Positions 1 to 28,442 are shown, numbered from the stretch's first letter. The stretch: 64,000 bases of DNA from Oculina patagonica (GCF_052425735.1 NC_135763.1:31000001-31064000), one strand, 5' to 3'. Made by a program: numbers and translations. The notes: generated by a model from the sequence alone, not told the origin.

Positions 1-190
1 ACAATTGTATTACAAAAATCTTAAGTTTTGAATTCAATAATTCCACGCAAAACACAGTTTATTTTCTATTTCTTTACATGTCAGTTTCTTAACAAGAAAT
101 TCATAATTAAGCTTTCGTATCAATGCGTTTAGATCTACTACGTTTTTGTTCAGTTTTTCTTGGTGGTAAAGGTAATTTCTTGTAGCTAAT

Positions 191-2212
191 GTGCAGTTGA
201 AAGTCTTACAGATTTGTAACTGTAGGTCTGCCACTGACTATGTACGCTATGGAGTTCCTCAAGGCTCGCTTCTTGGCCCCAGGCTATACACCATATATGT
301 TAATGATCTCCCTGACCACATTGATTCAGGAGATTTCTACATGTATGCAGACGACACTACAGTCTACTGTATTGGTCCAAATGTTGACCTGGTTATGTCA
401 TCACTAAACAAAACAATGGAGCAAGTCCTCATGTGGAGTGTTAGAAATCAGCTAACTATCCACTCAATTAAAACCGAGGCAATGATAATAAGAAAATCCT
501 CTTTTGTTGGGCCTATACCTCCCCTCTACTTCAACACTGGCCATATCGACCTGGTTAACTATACCACTTGCCTTGGAGTTAAAATCGACAATAAGCTGAC
601 ATGGTCTGTGCACATTGACTCAGTAAAGAAACATTTCACGCAGAAGGTTGGAGCGTTGAAGAGAACGAGAATGCTCCCCAAGAAGGCTCTCGAGGAAATA
701 TACTTTAAAACAATTATCCCCAGTGTAACATATGAAATCTCAGTATGGGGAAATTGTTCTCCTTCTGCACTGAACTCTCTACATCATATTCATGCAAGAG
801 CAGCTCGTATTGTGAATAACCTTAATTCAACGATGGCAGATGACACATGTCTCATGAAATCCGATTGGCTGCCCATCTCCTACTTCTATAAAAAATCCGT
901 ACTGTTACTTATGCACAAAGTATATTATGAAACAACGACCCAATCAATATGCGAACTGTTTTCTAAAAGAGTTACTTCTAGATCTTCTCGTGTTCCTAAC
1001 CAATTTAACATCATTAGATTTAAATCGGAGACTGGCAGAAACACCCTACAATACAGAGGTCCTGTAATCTGGAATTTTGTAAATAGATTAGTTAAAGTAC
1101 CAGATAATTCTTATTCTTTTAAACAAATTTTACATAAACATGTTAAAATTATAGACAATTTTTCATTTGACAAGGGGGCAACAGTAGTCGCTAATAAAAA
1201 GGATGATTTTATATATTTTTAATCTATTATATTTTTAATGATGTATGTAAATTTCTCTTCTTTTTATCGTAAGTGTTAGTTAGTGTGCTAGTTTTAAATT
1301 TATAAATGTAATTCTTAATTTTTAGTATAGTAGGTCCACATCAGCCCTTTGGCTGCCTTTTTTACCCAACCTACATAGGCGTACAGGCATCTACGGTCCT
1401 GGGGGGGCGGAGACCTTTTTGCCCGAAAACAAAAATTGGCACAGGTTGAAAGCTGAATAAAAAGGCATATCATGAAATGAAAAATAAAACGTGCATTGAA
1501 ACAGCTGTGTACAAACTTCGCCTGCTTGCTTTACTTCTTTAATTAATTTCGTTGCGTTGTCCGAAGGTGTCAATGCAATAAATCCTTTTTCGGATTTATT
1601 TTATTTATTCACTCTAGTTTAGGAAAACTTAAATTAATTTTGGGGAGTCAATTTACATTGTTTTCACCCAATTTGAAAGAAATACAAAAGCGTGTAAAAC
1701 CATTGGTTTTAAAACATTTCGTTGAAAGTTTTAAGTTAGCCCTAGCCCTGAGAACTAAACATTTGAGTCAAAAGTATTAGCTTCATCACATTTATAACAG
1801 CTTTGTTTCACGGTCTTCCACTAAATCCATCGTGCGCAAACGCTCAAGCTTTGGAAAAGCTGATTGCCACTGAATCAAACTGAGGGGTCACGCAGAATTT
1901 GCGAGAAAAATCAAACATGATTATAGCAATTTGGGGGAGGAAACGAAAGCAGATGAATGAGAAATTTGGACTTTTGAATAACAAAGTTTGGCATATTTCC
2001 AATACTTTCGCTGTTGATGTAATTCGTTTTGAACGTAATGTTGTACAGACTTTTCGGCTTATTTTCTATTTTTCTCTAGGCTTGTTGCCCGAATTCTAAG
2101 CATTTTGCCCGAGAAATTTTGGCACTGGGGGGGCTGCAGCCCCCCTCGCCCCCCCCGCCTCGTACGCCTATGCCAACCTACTCATCAAATAAAGTATGTA
2201 TGTACGTATGTA
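191..2212 (+). mobile_element. 5'-truncated non-LTR retrotransposon (L2/CR1-group) with RT C-terminal ORF 191-1222
   Basis: GVPQGSLLGP, YADDTT and LGVKIDNKLTW motifs. The 3' UTR is interrupted by a MITE and ends in AATAAA + (TATG)n at ~2188-2212. Confidence 0.9.
1374..2172. mobile_element. hAT-type non-autonomous element (MITE) inserted in the LINE 3' UTR
   Basis: TIR cataggcgtac/gtacgcctatg; perfect 8-bp TSD ccaaccta at 1366-1373 and 2173-2180. Confidence 0.85.
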
Positions 2213-2648
2213 GGATGTTGTCCAATATTGAAGGTTTTACCAAAACAGCAGTTGTTTTATTTGTTGCATTGCCTATTTACATCAAAAAAAATACTTCGCT
2301 TTTCCATTTTACAATTTTTGTTTCTCGAAGATATTAGTCTTTTTCAGGCTACTCTACAATTCGAGTTGAAATAAAGTTCATGTTATGTTATGTTATTGAA
2401 TAACATAACTGGGACACCTAATGAGCAGATGAGCCACTGGATACGATTCTGTTTTTGTAGGAATACCACATAATTTTACTTTATTACAAATTGTTGAATT
2501 CTTTACGTAGTTATACCTGTAAGGGCAGGTTTCACTTAAACAACAAAGCTTAACTCTCTAACAGACGAATACATGTATTAACTATCAGATGTAAAAAAAA
2601 AACGTTTTTTTGTTTTGAATTAATTATTTAAAGGAACACATTCCTTAA

Positions 2649-3051
2649 AGGGGCTATGTCACGGATTTTAACAGATTTTTAAACAGCCAAAATTTACATT
2701 TTTGTCCCTTTAAACCTAAAAATAATGGCCCATTTTTTTATTAAAAATTGCTATTTTAGAGCACTAGAACTGTTGACCGCTGTTTAAAAGCGCGATTGGC
2801 TGCGGATGGCTCGGACCTGTAAATGGATTGCAATTTGAAAACGTTAGCCAACATTTTCAAATTGTTCCGCGTGCCTTCAAAAAAAAATACCGATATTTAT
2901 AGCCGACGTTTGATTTCTGTCCCCAAATAAAGATTATATATATCTTCAGTTAAATTTAAAAAGATAATGTTTTTCATGGGTAAAGTTCCCTAACACTTAT
3001 TTCAGAACAGTTTAGAACAAAAATCTGCGAAATCCCCGTGGCATAGTCCTT
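2649..3051. mobile_element. MITE with TTAA TSD (Kolobok-like termini)
   Basis: ttaa|aggggctatgtcacgg ... ccgtggcatagtcctt|ttaa; absent at the paralogous site near 31385. Confidence 0.75.
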
Positions 3052-3173
3052 TTAAGCAGTCTTCCAACATTGCATTTTGATTTTTTTTGTTAAATTTATA
3101 TACAGGGAATGTGTGGTAATCTAGTCTGCGGAGCAGGCGCCTGTGTAGTTATCTTACTTCTAAATGCTATCTA

Positions 3174-3964
3174 CCTTATTGTTACTTATTTTCGCGGGCA
3201 CTTAATTTCGCGAAAATGTAACAGGAATATTTCGCGAGTCTTAACCCTTAACATGCTAAGCCCGGATTTTTCCGGGATTTGGAGGAATAGCCATTCTGCC
3301 ACTTATGACGTCACCAATTTACACGTCAGCAGAGTTTTGTGATTTGCATCTGATAGAGCTTGGATAGATCTTTCCATAGGACTGTCCATCTTCAATATTG
3401 ACTGCATTCCGACAGAGCTAATCGAAAAAAACGTGATCAGTTTTTGGTGTAAAATTGGTGCTAAAACAGGCCAAAATACCCGTACTTGATCACGATCTAC
3501 TTTCCAGGGTTTTCCATTGATTCAGGTCAAAACTTTTTAGGCCAGTAGAAGGGGTGCACAGAGTAAAATATAGAGAGAATAAAAAAGCAGAGAAAAACGA
3601 AAAGGAAAGGAGCAAGGAAAAAAATCGGAACGTACATTTGTACATTTTACATTGTACATTTTTACATGGTAATTACATCAAAATCTTCCTGCATTGTCAG
3701 ATAGTGCAATTTTAGCAAATTTAGAGAAAATTTGGACCGTAGAGCCAAGAAAATCGATTAACGGTTAAAAAAAAAACGCGTTTTTGGGAATAATTTCAGC
3801 ATATTAAGGGTTAATTTTCGTGATTTGGCCAAAAATACGTAATTAGCATAAAAATAAAATAGAAATCGGTTGGATTTAATTTTCGCGGGTCTTTAATTTC
3901 GCGATTTTTTGAAAATCGCGAAAATCGCGAAAATTAAGTCCCGCGAAAATAAGTAACAATAAGG
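3174..3964. mobile_element. TA-TSD MITE containing a nested piggyBac-like MITE (3245-3810)
   Basis: Outer TIR ccttattgttacttattttcgcggg / cccgcgaaaataagtaacaataagg flanked by TA. Inner element ttaa|cccttaacatgct ... agcatattaaggg|ttaa. Confidence 0.8.
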
Positions 3965-4053
3965 TATCTTTTTTTTAATAATAAAAAGAAACAGAGTATC
4001 ATAGGGTTTCCTTTAAATTATAGAATAAAGGTTTGTTCAATCGCGATCCTCCA

Positions 4054-19626
<15,573 letters not shown>

Positions 19627-20089
19627 AACTGAAAATCAAGTAGATGAGCGTTAAGTAATAGACAGCTGTTGTGTTAAAGGGCAAAAAGTAACCTGCAGAC
19701 GTTGCAAATCTTAATCAGTCTTACACTCTTACTTTTTTATGAACACTGAGATTTCATAGAAATGACATTATCACAACACACAATAAAATGAGTATGCAAC
19801 CATATTTGTTGTTGTAAGACGTCCTCAATAATACTACAGTACAAGAAAAACAAAAGTAAATAAACAGTCGCGAAGTAAACTTACAAAATCTACATAAAAC
19901 GATAAGAGGGCACTAGCTTACTTATGGACCTAAGCCAGTGGCTGTTAGACGATATCAACTCGTTCCTCAGGCCAAATTTATTAAATATTTGGGCACGGTT
20001 GCGGTTAAGGATGGATGGGTGGTTGCACTGACAGACTAGCATCCCGGTCATCCGGAGACCATTCATTACCATACATTCAAGATATCAAT

Positions 20090-23000
20090 TTATTTCATAC
20101 ATAGTGAGATTTACAGTTAGAATTGATCGGAAATTCTCGCAGCCAATGACAACGGCGAAACGACTTTCTCACACGTGAGAAACCCGTTTCGTCCAATCAG
20201 AAAGCGGCTGTCAAAACGCATCAACATTTTCAATGAACGTGGTAGCTTTGTCGATGGCGCTAGCTTTTTCACTGCTTGAAAGTTATCGCTTGCAGGGTTT
20301 TTGGCCTTTCGCAGTACATTTGTGGACGGTTTAAAACGTTCTCATTAACAACTATGGCTGAATTTTCTGGCAGTAGGTTTAAACCATTAAGTAAACCCAT
20401 CGAAGAATATATTACTGAGGAGGAAAACGAAAACACTCGAGCAAAAACGCAGCGGGATGTGAATCTGCTTTCTACATTTTTGCTGGAGAAAAACGAACAA
20501 AGAAAAATTGAAGAAATCCAACTAGAAGAGCTCAGCCGTTACCTTGGTGAATTCATTCTTAGTGCGAAAATAAAAGATGGCCAAGACTATGAACCATCGA
20601 GCCTTCGAGGGTTGTTCTCAAGTTTTAACCGGTATTTAAGAGAACGCAAATACTCAGCGAGTATTATCGAAGACACTGTGTTTGACCAAGCAAGAAAATG
20701 TCTGAAAGCTCGCAGGAAACAACTGAAAAAAAAAAAGGCAAAGGGAACAAACCCAACGCAGCCGAAGCTTTGACTGATGTGGAGGAAAACATTCTTTTCG
20801 AAAAGAATTTACTGGGAATCTCAAATGCCAAAGCTTTGCTAAACACAGTCTGGCTTTTCAATTCGGTGCATTTTGGTTTGAGAGGCTGTAAAGAACATCG
20901 GCAGAAGACTTGGGGCGACGTGGAACTTCACATGGAAGCCGACGGAACTGAATACCTAGAGTATTCTGAACGTCAAACGAAAACTAGAACGGGAGCTGAA
21001 CCTCGAAATGTCAGAACTGTTAAACCGAAGGCTTTCGCAGCACCAAACGGTCCACCTGAAAGAGACCAGTTGCCGTTTACAAAATTTATTCCAAAAAGAG
21101 ACCTGACGCGATGAACAAACCTGATGCGCCATTCTATCTCGGAATAAATTACACAAAAAGTCCTTCGTCGAATAAACTGTGGTTTAAATCAAGTGCAATG
21201 GGTCAGAACAAATTGAATAGTCTGATGAAAACCATGGCGGAAAAAGGAGGCCTTTCAAGTAAACGACTGACTAAACACAGCGCTCGAAAACGCATGGTAC
21301 AAAAACTAAACGACAGCGACATACCTCCCAGTCACATTATGCAGCTCTCAGGCCACAAAAATGTCCAAAGCATAAAACAGTTATAGCCACATTTCCCAAA
21401 AAAACATGTCAAGGATACTGAGTGCGACCTCGACTGAACCTCCTCATCTACATTTAATAAGTTGGTAAAAAGTCCATACGGATATCACACCAACGTCTAA
21501 AAATAAGTAAAAATACAATATGTACATATATAATAACTGAAAAATTCTAAATTAATTCTAAAAATCTAAAAATTCTAAAAATCTAAAAATTCTAAAATTA
21601 TATGGGTAAACTACTAAATTAATAAAAATGCTCGCGCAGTCCAGACTGGAAGGACGTAAGAGAGCCGGACTCCTGCAAAAGTTCATCGAGTATTGGCCAC
21701 AGATAGTGAAGCTGAAACTCTGTCTTGTAGTTTTCAGTCGTCAAGCAGTCCAACATTGCCTGGAGCAAGTTTATTTAGTGGAGCCGTGTTTCATGGAGGA
21801 CACTTTAACATTTCTATAAACACAGTAAGTCAAACCCCATTTACACGCGCAAAAAAATCGGCACGGCACGGCAAATTTTTGGCACCGTGACCAAACCATT
21901 TTGGCACGGCACTGCCCATTTACACGACCAAAACAAGAAGGTTCTCTCCTGCTAGGCACGGTACCAATTTTTATCTTGGCACCCCTACTTTCCATCGGTT
22001 TCCTTGCCGAGAAATGGCAGAAAAATGTTTTGCTGTGATAGTTCATCGTGCTTTCAGTGCAAAACGCGAATTTTATCGGAAAGGAACGAGTTGTCGACCA
22101 TTCAACATAATGAAGAGTGTTCAGGGGCAAAACAAATCGACATCTGAAAGGAGTTGACGAAATCAGAAGAAGAAGATTGAAAAGTCTGAAAAATAAATGG
22201 CTCTTTGCAGTGATGGTGGAAGTGGCTGACTTACGGTGATTTTTTTAGAGCGGGAGCTTTCTCTTATCTTCTGCCTCGGTGGCATTCTTATCCCCCAGAA
22301 CTTCTCTTTTTGTACTCTTTTCGCCGACCACGTGACTAAAAGTCTCTTGGGGCGAGAATGACGCAGTGGCCGCCATTTTCGTAGAAACAACGCATGCGTC
22401 ACACTTGTCTTCGGCACGGTGCCTCTATTTACCCGTGCCGAGACTACCTCCTGGAGGTAGTCTCGGCACCCCTAAAAAATTGGGCACTGGTGCCACATTT
22501 TTTTTGGGACCGGTACGTTTACACGTCGATAATTGGGAGTGCCGTGCCCAAAAATTGTCAGCACGGTGCCAAAAATTTGCCGTGCCGTGCCGATTTTTTT
22601 GCGCGTGTAAATGGGGTTTGAATCAGTCGCCTAATGCGCACACCTTCAAGCGTGTTAAACGTATTTTAGATTCTTCGGATGAAGATAGCCCTCCCTTGCA
22701 ATAACACGGTTACATATTCTCAGTTCTTATTTCTATATTTCATTTTTGTACTTGTTGAGTGAAAAACTCTTGATATTCGATTTCTTATTTTATTAGAACA
22801 ATTTTAAGACACGAGAATAATCTCATGAAATGTCGTTTTTCAACGATTTTGTTGTTATTATCATTTTGCCCGGAACTTTGCAAATTAGAGTAATTTCATT
22901 TTGTGTGCTTGTACCGAGGTATTATAACAATAAAAAATAACAGTTCAGCGTGGAAAAATCTCTGTATGTATAAAATAAACAAATTACAGCATGAAAAGTG

Positions 23001-23138
23001 CTTTGTACGGTGTTTACGCAATCGTTGTTTTGAAACAAAAATCTCACTCGTTCGCTCTCGCTCACTCGTTCGATTTCTGATACGTCAACAACTCGTGCGT
23101 ATACACCGTACGCGCGCACTTTCCATGAAGTAATCTAT
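20090..23138 (+). mobile_element. Crypton-type tyrosine-recombinase transposon, copy A (full-length ends, frameshifted, two nested insertions)
   Basis: Broken ORFs 20276-21386 encode a DUF3504-like YR (YEPSSL, FGLRG, ERQTKTRTG, HSARK, SGHKN). The empty site in the gene 2 paralog (gatatcaATgactcg, ~43626-43640) defines the ends. ~150-bp hairpin at 22983-23134. Confidence 0.85.
21832..22619. mobile_element. MITE (PIF/Harbinger-like TIRs) nested in Crypton A
   Basis: ~60-bp TIR aaaccccatttacacgcgcaaaaaaatcggcacggcacggcaaatttttggcaccgtg and its reverse complement; absent from copies B and C. Confidence 0.8.
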
Positions 23139-23582
23139 ATGACTCGCCTACCCGAATTGAAAATCATTCAAATTCAGTCACCAATAAACGCATCAAGGCA
23201 CTTCAACAAGGGCGAATTTCTGGCGTTCCAAATGCATTGGCGGATATCAACCCACTTGCGGGTTTTCCCCACTCACTGAACATTAGGCTTTAATTTTGTT
23301 TCCATCGTGCTTAGTGATTCATTCCATTTTTAGAATTTCCGAACTGAATGATCACGAACAACGCAAATTTTGTAACATTTACTATTTACTGGCGGTAACA
23401 TGCCTAAATTTGATCGAAAATATTCAACATGTATGCAGTAGTGTAATTTGTGTTCGGGAAAATACTACAGGGCTCGCTTCTTGAGAAAACAACTTTTAAA
23501 TTTAAACATAAAACTCACAACAATCCTTTTCCTATTTACAGACAAAGTGAACGAAGCTCAAGGCTAACACTTTGCGGCTCGA

Positions 23583-24358
23583 TATAATCGCATTGCGTAA
23601 AAGTTTGCTTCTTTGATAATGTAATAAGTATTGGTAATCAAATGGTGACGAGTGAAATTAGGAAATAATTTCACGCGCATTTTGTCAAAATGCTTAAAAT
23701 TTCCTGAGCCTTTAGGCGAGGGAAATTACTAGCATTTTAACAAAATGCAAGTGAAATTATTTCCTAATTTCACGATTATACCATTTGATTACATTTTAAT
23801 ATCATAGGTGACAAATTACGCTTGCAATCGTAGGTTTTTGACTGGTTTATTGCATCGCGAACTCCGAGCTTTGAAAAGTTGAAAGCATACATTTTGCTCA
23901 AGTTCGCAATTTGTTTAGTCTTTGAAGAAAACCTTTTAGAGATTCCTTTTTGCTGTTGACAAAAAGTTTCAAAGATGAATCAAGTGCCAATTATATCTCA
24001 CATAATGACCGTAGTTCGTCTTGAATGAACTGAAAACGGTGCCCGTCGCTTAAAAATCCGGTCGATGCTATTTATGTAATTGGCTTAAGTCTAGAAGTCG
24101 TTTTGACGTTTTGAAATATAAAATATCATCAAAAGTTTTATTACATGGCCATGGCTAGCTGGCTAAGATGAAATTCAAGCGAAAATGTACAAAGTTTAAG
24201 CTTTAAAACATCTTTTATTACGGACGCCATCTTGCCGCTAATCACGTTGCCATGGCAATTTTATAATTTCACATGTTAAATTATAAATTAACGCTAAAAT
24301 TTCGCGCCAAAATTAAGGAGTAATTTGTCACCTATGATTATTAAAACTGAAATCTACC
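23583..24358. mobile_element. Non-autonomous element with a ~155-bp left hairpin and internal inverted repeats
   Basis: Hairpin 23635-23790 (gtaatcaaatggt...gtgaaattaggaaataatttcac / gtgaaattatttcctaatttcac...accatttgattac). IR atcataggtgacaaattac (~23801) / gtaatttgtcacctatgat (~24320). Absent at the paralogous site ~44105-44120. Confidence 0.65.
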
Positions 24359-27300
24359 AAGACTCGATCTCTTCTTGATTCTACGTTCCCAATACAATTG
24401 ATTTTTACGCTTTTGACATAGATAAAATCATGAATTAAATATAGATTACTTCATGGAAAGTGCGCGCGTACGGTGTTTACGCACGAGTTGTTGACGTATC
24501 AGAAATCTCACTCGTTCGCTCCGCTCACTCGTTCGATTTCTGATACAAAACAACGAGTTCGTAAACACCGTACAGAGCACTTTCCATGCTGTAATTTGTT
24601 TATTTTATAAATACAGAGATTTTTCCACGCTGAACTGTTTTTTTTTTATTGCTATAATACCCTGGTACAAGCACACAAAATGAAAGTACGCTAATTTACA
24701 AAATGATAATAACAACAAAATCGTTGAAAAAAGACATTTCATGAGATTATTCTCGTGTCTTAAAATTGTTCTAATTGGATAAGAAATCGAATATCAAGAG
24801 TTTTTCACTCAACAAGTACAAGAATGAAATATAGAAATAAGAACTAAGAATACGTAACCGTGCTATTGCAAGGGAGAGCTATCTTCATCCGAAGAATCTA
24901 AAATACGTTTAACACGCTTGAAGGTGTGCTTTCTTGTTGCTGAGTACGCATTAGGCGACTGACTTACTGTGTTTATAGAAATGTTAAAGTGTCCTCCATG
25001 AAACAGGGCTCCGCTAAATACACTTGCTCCAGGCAATGTTGGACTGCTTGACGACTGAAAACTACAAGACAGAGTTTCAGCTTCACTCTCTGTAGCCAAT
25101 GCTCGATGAACTTTTGGAGAAGATTCAGTCGAGGTCGCACTCAGTATCCTTGACATGTTTTTTTGCTGTTGTTGGGAAATGTGGCTATAATTGTTAATGC
25201 TTTGGACATTTTTGTGGCCTGAGAGCTGCATAATGTGACTGGGAGGTATGTCGCTGTCGTTTAGTTTTTGTACCATGCGTTTTCGAGCGCTGTGATTAGT
25301 CAGTCGTTTACTTGAAAGGCCTCCTTTTTCCGCCATGGTTTTCATCAGACTATTCAATTTGTTCTGACCCATTGCACTTGATTTAAACCACAGTTTTTTC
25401 GACGAAGGACTTTTTGTGTAATTTATTCCGAGATAGAATGGCGCATCAGGTTTATTCATCGCGTCAGGTCTCTTTTCGGAATAAATTTTGTAAACGGCAA
25501 CTGGATCTCTTTCAGGTGGACCGTTTGGTGCTGCGAAAGCCTTCGGTTTAACAGTTCTGACATTTCGAGGTTCAGCTCCCGTTCTAGTTTTCGTTTGACG
25601 TTCAGAATACTCTAGGTATTCAGTTCCGTCGGCTTCCATGTGAAGTTCCACGTCGCCCCAAGTCATCTGCCGATGTTCTTCACAGCCTCTCAAACCAAAA
25701 TGCACCGAATTGAAAAGCCAGAGTGTGTTTAGCAAAGCTTCAGCATTTGAGATTCCCAGTAAATTCTTTTCGAAAAGAATGTTTTCTTCCACATCAGTCA
25801 AAGCTTCGGCTGCGTTGGGTTTGTTCCCTTTGCCATCTTTTTTCAGTTGTTTACTGCGAGCTTCCAGACATTTTCTTGCTTGATCAAACATAGTGTCTTC
25901 GATAATACTCGCTGAGTACTTGCGTTCTCTTAAATACCGGTTAAAACTTGAGAACAACCCTCGAAGGCTCGATGGTTCATAGTCTTGGCCATCTTTTCTT
26001 TTCACACTAAGAATGAATTCACTAAGGTAACGGTTGAGCTCTTCTGGTCGTTTTTCTCCAGCAGAAATGTAGAAAGCAGATTCACATCCCGCTGCGTTTT
26101 CGCTCGAGTGTTTTTGTCCTCCTGCTCTGTAATATATTCTTCGATGGGTTTACTTAATGGTTTAAACCTACTGCCATAAGATTCAGCCATAGTTGTTAAT
26201 GAGAACGTTTTAAACCGTCCACAAATGTACTGCGAAAGGCCAAAAACTTTCAATTATAAATTAACGCTAAAATTTCGCGCCAAAATTAAGGAGTAATTTG
26301 TCACCTATGATTATTAAAACTGAAATCTACCAAGACTCGATCTCTTCTTGATTCTACGTTCCCAATACAATTGATTTTTACGCTTTTGACATAGATAAAA
26401 TCATGAATTAAATATAGATTACTTCATGGAAAGTGCGCGCGTACGGTGTTTACGCACGAGTTGTTGACGTATCAGAAATCTCACTCGTTCGCTCCGCTCA
26501 CTCGTTCGATTTCTGATACAAAACAACGAGTTCGTAAACACCGTACAGAGCACTTTCCATGCTGTAATTTGTTTATTTTATAAATACAGAGATTTTTCCA
26601 CGCTGAACTGTTTTTTTTTTTATTGCTATAATACCCTGGTACAAGCACACAAAATGAAAGTACGCTAATTTACAAAATGATAATAACAACAAAATCGTTG
26701 AAAAAAGACATTTCATGAGATTATTCTCGTGTCTTAAAATTGTTCTAATTGGATAAGAAATCAAATATCAAGAGTTTTTCACTCAACAAGTACAAGAATG
26801 AAATATAGAAATAAGAACTAAGAATACGTAACCGTGCTATTGCAAGGGAGAGCTATCTTCATCCGAAGAATCTAAAATACGTTTAACACGCTTGAAGGTG
26901 TGCTTTCTTGTTGCTGAGTACGCATTAGGCGACTGACTTACTGTGTTTATAGAAATGTTAAAGTGTCCTCCATGAAACAGGGCTCCGCTAAATACACTTG
27001 CTCCAGGCAATGTTGGACTGCTTGACGACTGAAAACTACAAGACAGAGTTTCAGCTTCACTCTCTGTAGCCAATGCTCGATGAACTTTTGGAGAAGATTC
27101 AGTCGAGGTCGCACTCAGTATCCTTGACATGTTTTTTTGCTGTTGTTGGGAAATGTGGCTATAATTGTTAATGCTTTGGACATTTTTGTGGCCTGAGAGC
27201 TGCATAATGTGACTGGGAGGTATGTCGCTGTCGTTTAGTTTTTGTACCATGCGTTTTCGAGCGCTGTGATTAGTCAGTCGTTTACTTGAAAGGCCTCCTT

Positions 27301-28226
27301 TTTTCCGCCATGGTTTTCATCAGACTATTCAATTTGTTCTGACCCATTGCACTTGATTTAAACCACAGTTTTTTCGACGAAGGACTTTTTGTGTAATTTA
27401 TTCCGAGATAGAATGGCGCATCAGGTTTATTCATCGCGTCAGGTCTCTTTTCGGAATAAATTTTGTAAACGGCAACTGGATCTCTTTCAGGTGGACCGTT
27501 TGGTGCTGCGAAAGCCTTCGGTTTAACAGTTCTGACATTTCGAGGTTCAGCTCCCGTTCTAGTTTTCGTTTGACGTTCAGAATACTCTAGGTATTCAGTT
27601 CCGTCGGCTTCCATGTGAAGTTCCACGTCGCCCCAAGTCATCTGCCGATGTTCTTCACAGCCTCTCAAACCAAAATGCACCGAATTGAAAAGCCAGAGTG
27701 TGTTTAGCAAAGCTTCAGCATTTGAGATTCCCAGTAAATTCTTTTCGAAAAGAATGTTTTCTTCCACATCAGTCAAAGCTTCGGCTGCGTTGGGTTTGTT
27801 CCCTTTGCCATCTTTTTTCAGTTGTTTACTGCGAGCTTCCAGACATTTTCTTGCTTGATCAAACATAGTGTCTTCGATAATACTCGCTGAGTACTTGCGT
27901 TCTCTTAAATACCGGTTAAAACTTGAGAACAACCCTCGAAGGCTCGATGGTTCATAGTCTTGGCCATCTTTTCTTTTCACACTAAGAATGAATTCACTAA
28001 GGTAACGGTTGAGCTCTTCTGGTCGTTTTTCTCCAGCAGAAATGTAGAAAGCAGATTCACATCCCGCTGCGTTTTCGCTCGAGTGTTTTTGTCCTCCTGC
28101 TCTGTAATATATTCTTCGATGGGTTTACTTAATGGTTTAAACCTACTGCCACAAGATTCAGCCATAGTTGTTAATGAGAACGTTTTACACCGTCCACAAA
28201 TGTACTGCGAAAGGCCAAAAACTTTC
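24279..28226 (+). repeat. Direct tandem duplication, ~1.97-kb unit (24279-26251 and 26252-28226)
   Basis: aattataaattaacgctaaaat recurs at 24279 and 26252. Each unit holds ~160 bp of flank plus most of the Crypton and differs only by a few SNPs and homopolymer lengths. Confidence 0.9.
24441..26251 (-). mobile_element. Crypton copy B (5'-truncated); ORF 24863-26005 retains the tyrosine recombinase catalytic residues
   Basis: R (GLRG), K (TKT), HxxR (NHSAR), H (SGH) and Y (INNY) are all present. A short deletion near 26040-26050 separates the N-terminal part from the main frame. Confidence 0.85.
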
Positions 28227-28442
28227 AAGCAGTGAAAAAGCTAGCGCCATCGACAAAGCTACCACGTTCGCTCCACGTTCATTGAAAATGTTGATGCGTT
28301 TTGACAGCCGCTTTCTGATTGGACGAAACGGGTTTCTCACGTGTGAGAAAGTCGTTTCGCCGTTGTCATTGGCTGCGAGAATTTCCGAACCGTGTTTTTA
28401 ACAGATCAATTCTAACTGTAAATCTCAGTATGTATGAAATGA
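26414..28442 (-). mobile_element. Crypton copy C (both ends present, frameshifted)
   Basis: Near-identical to B, with an extra T in a homopolymer at ~27300 splitting ORFs 27282-27980 and 26837-27250. Its end gtatgaaatga matches the left end of copy A. Confidence 0.85.

Noticed and set aside
24863-26005. Domesticated host gene (KIAA1958/ZMYM/QRICH1/KCTD1-like) or active recombinase
   Set aside because: It is intronless and multicopy, has element ends and an empty paralogous site, and every copy is disrupted; this ORF starts at GTG after a frameshifting deletion.
20090-28442. Recombinase-driven programmed diversification of the receptors (shufflon or V(D)J-like)
   Set aside because: I saw no repeated recombination sites around the variable exons, the recombinase copies are defective, and they occur in only one paralog. 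Adjacency is best explained by ordinary insertion.
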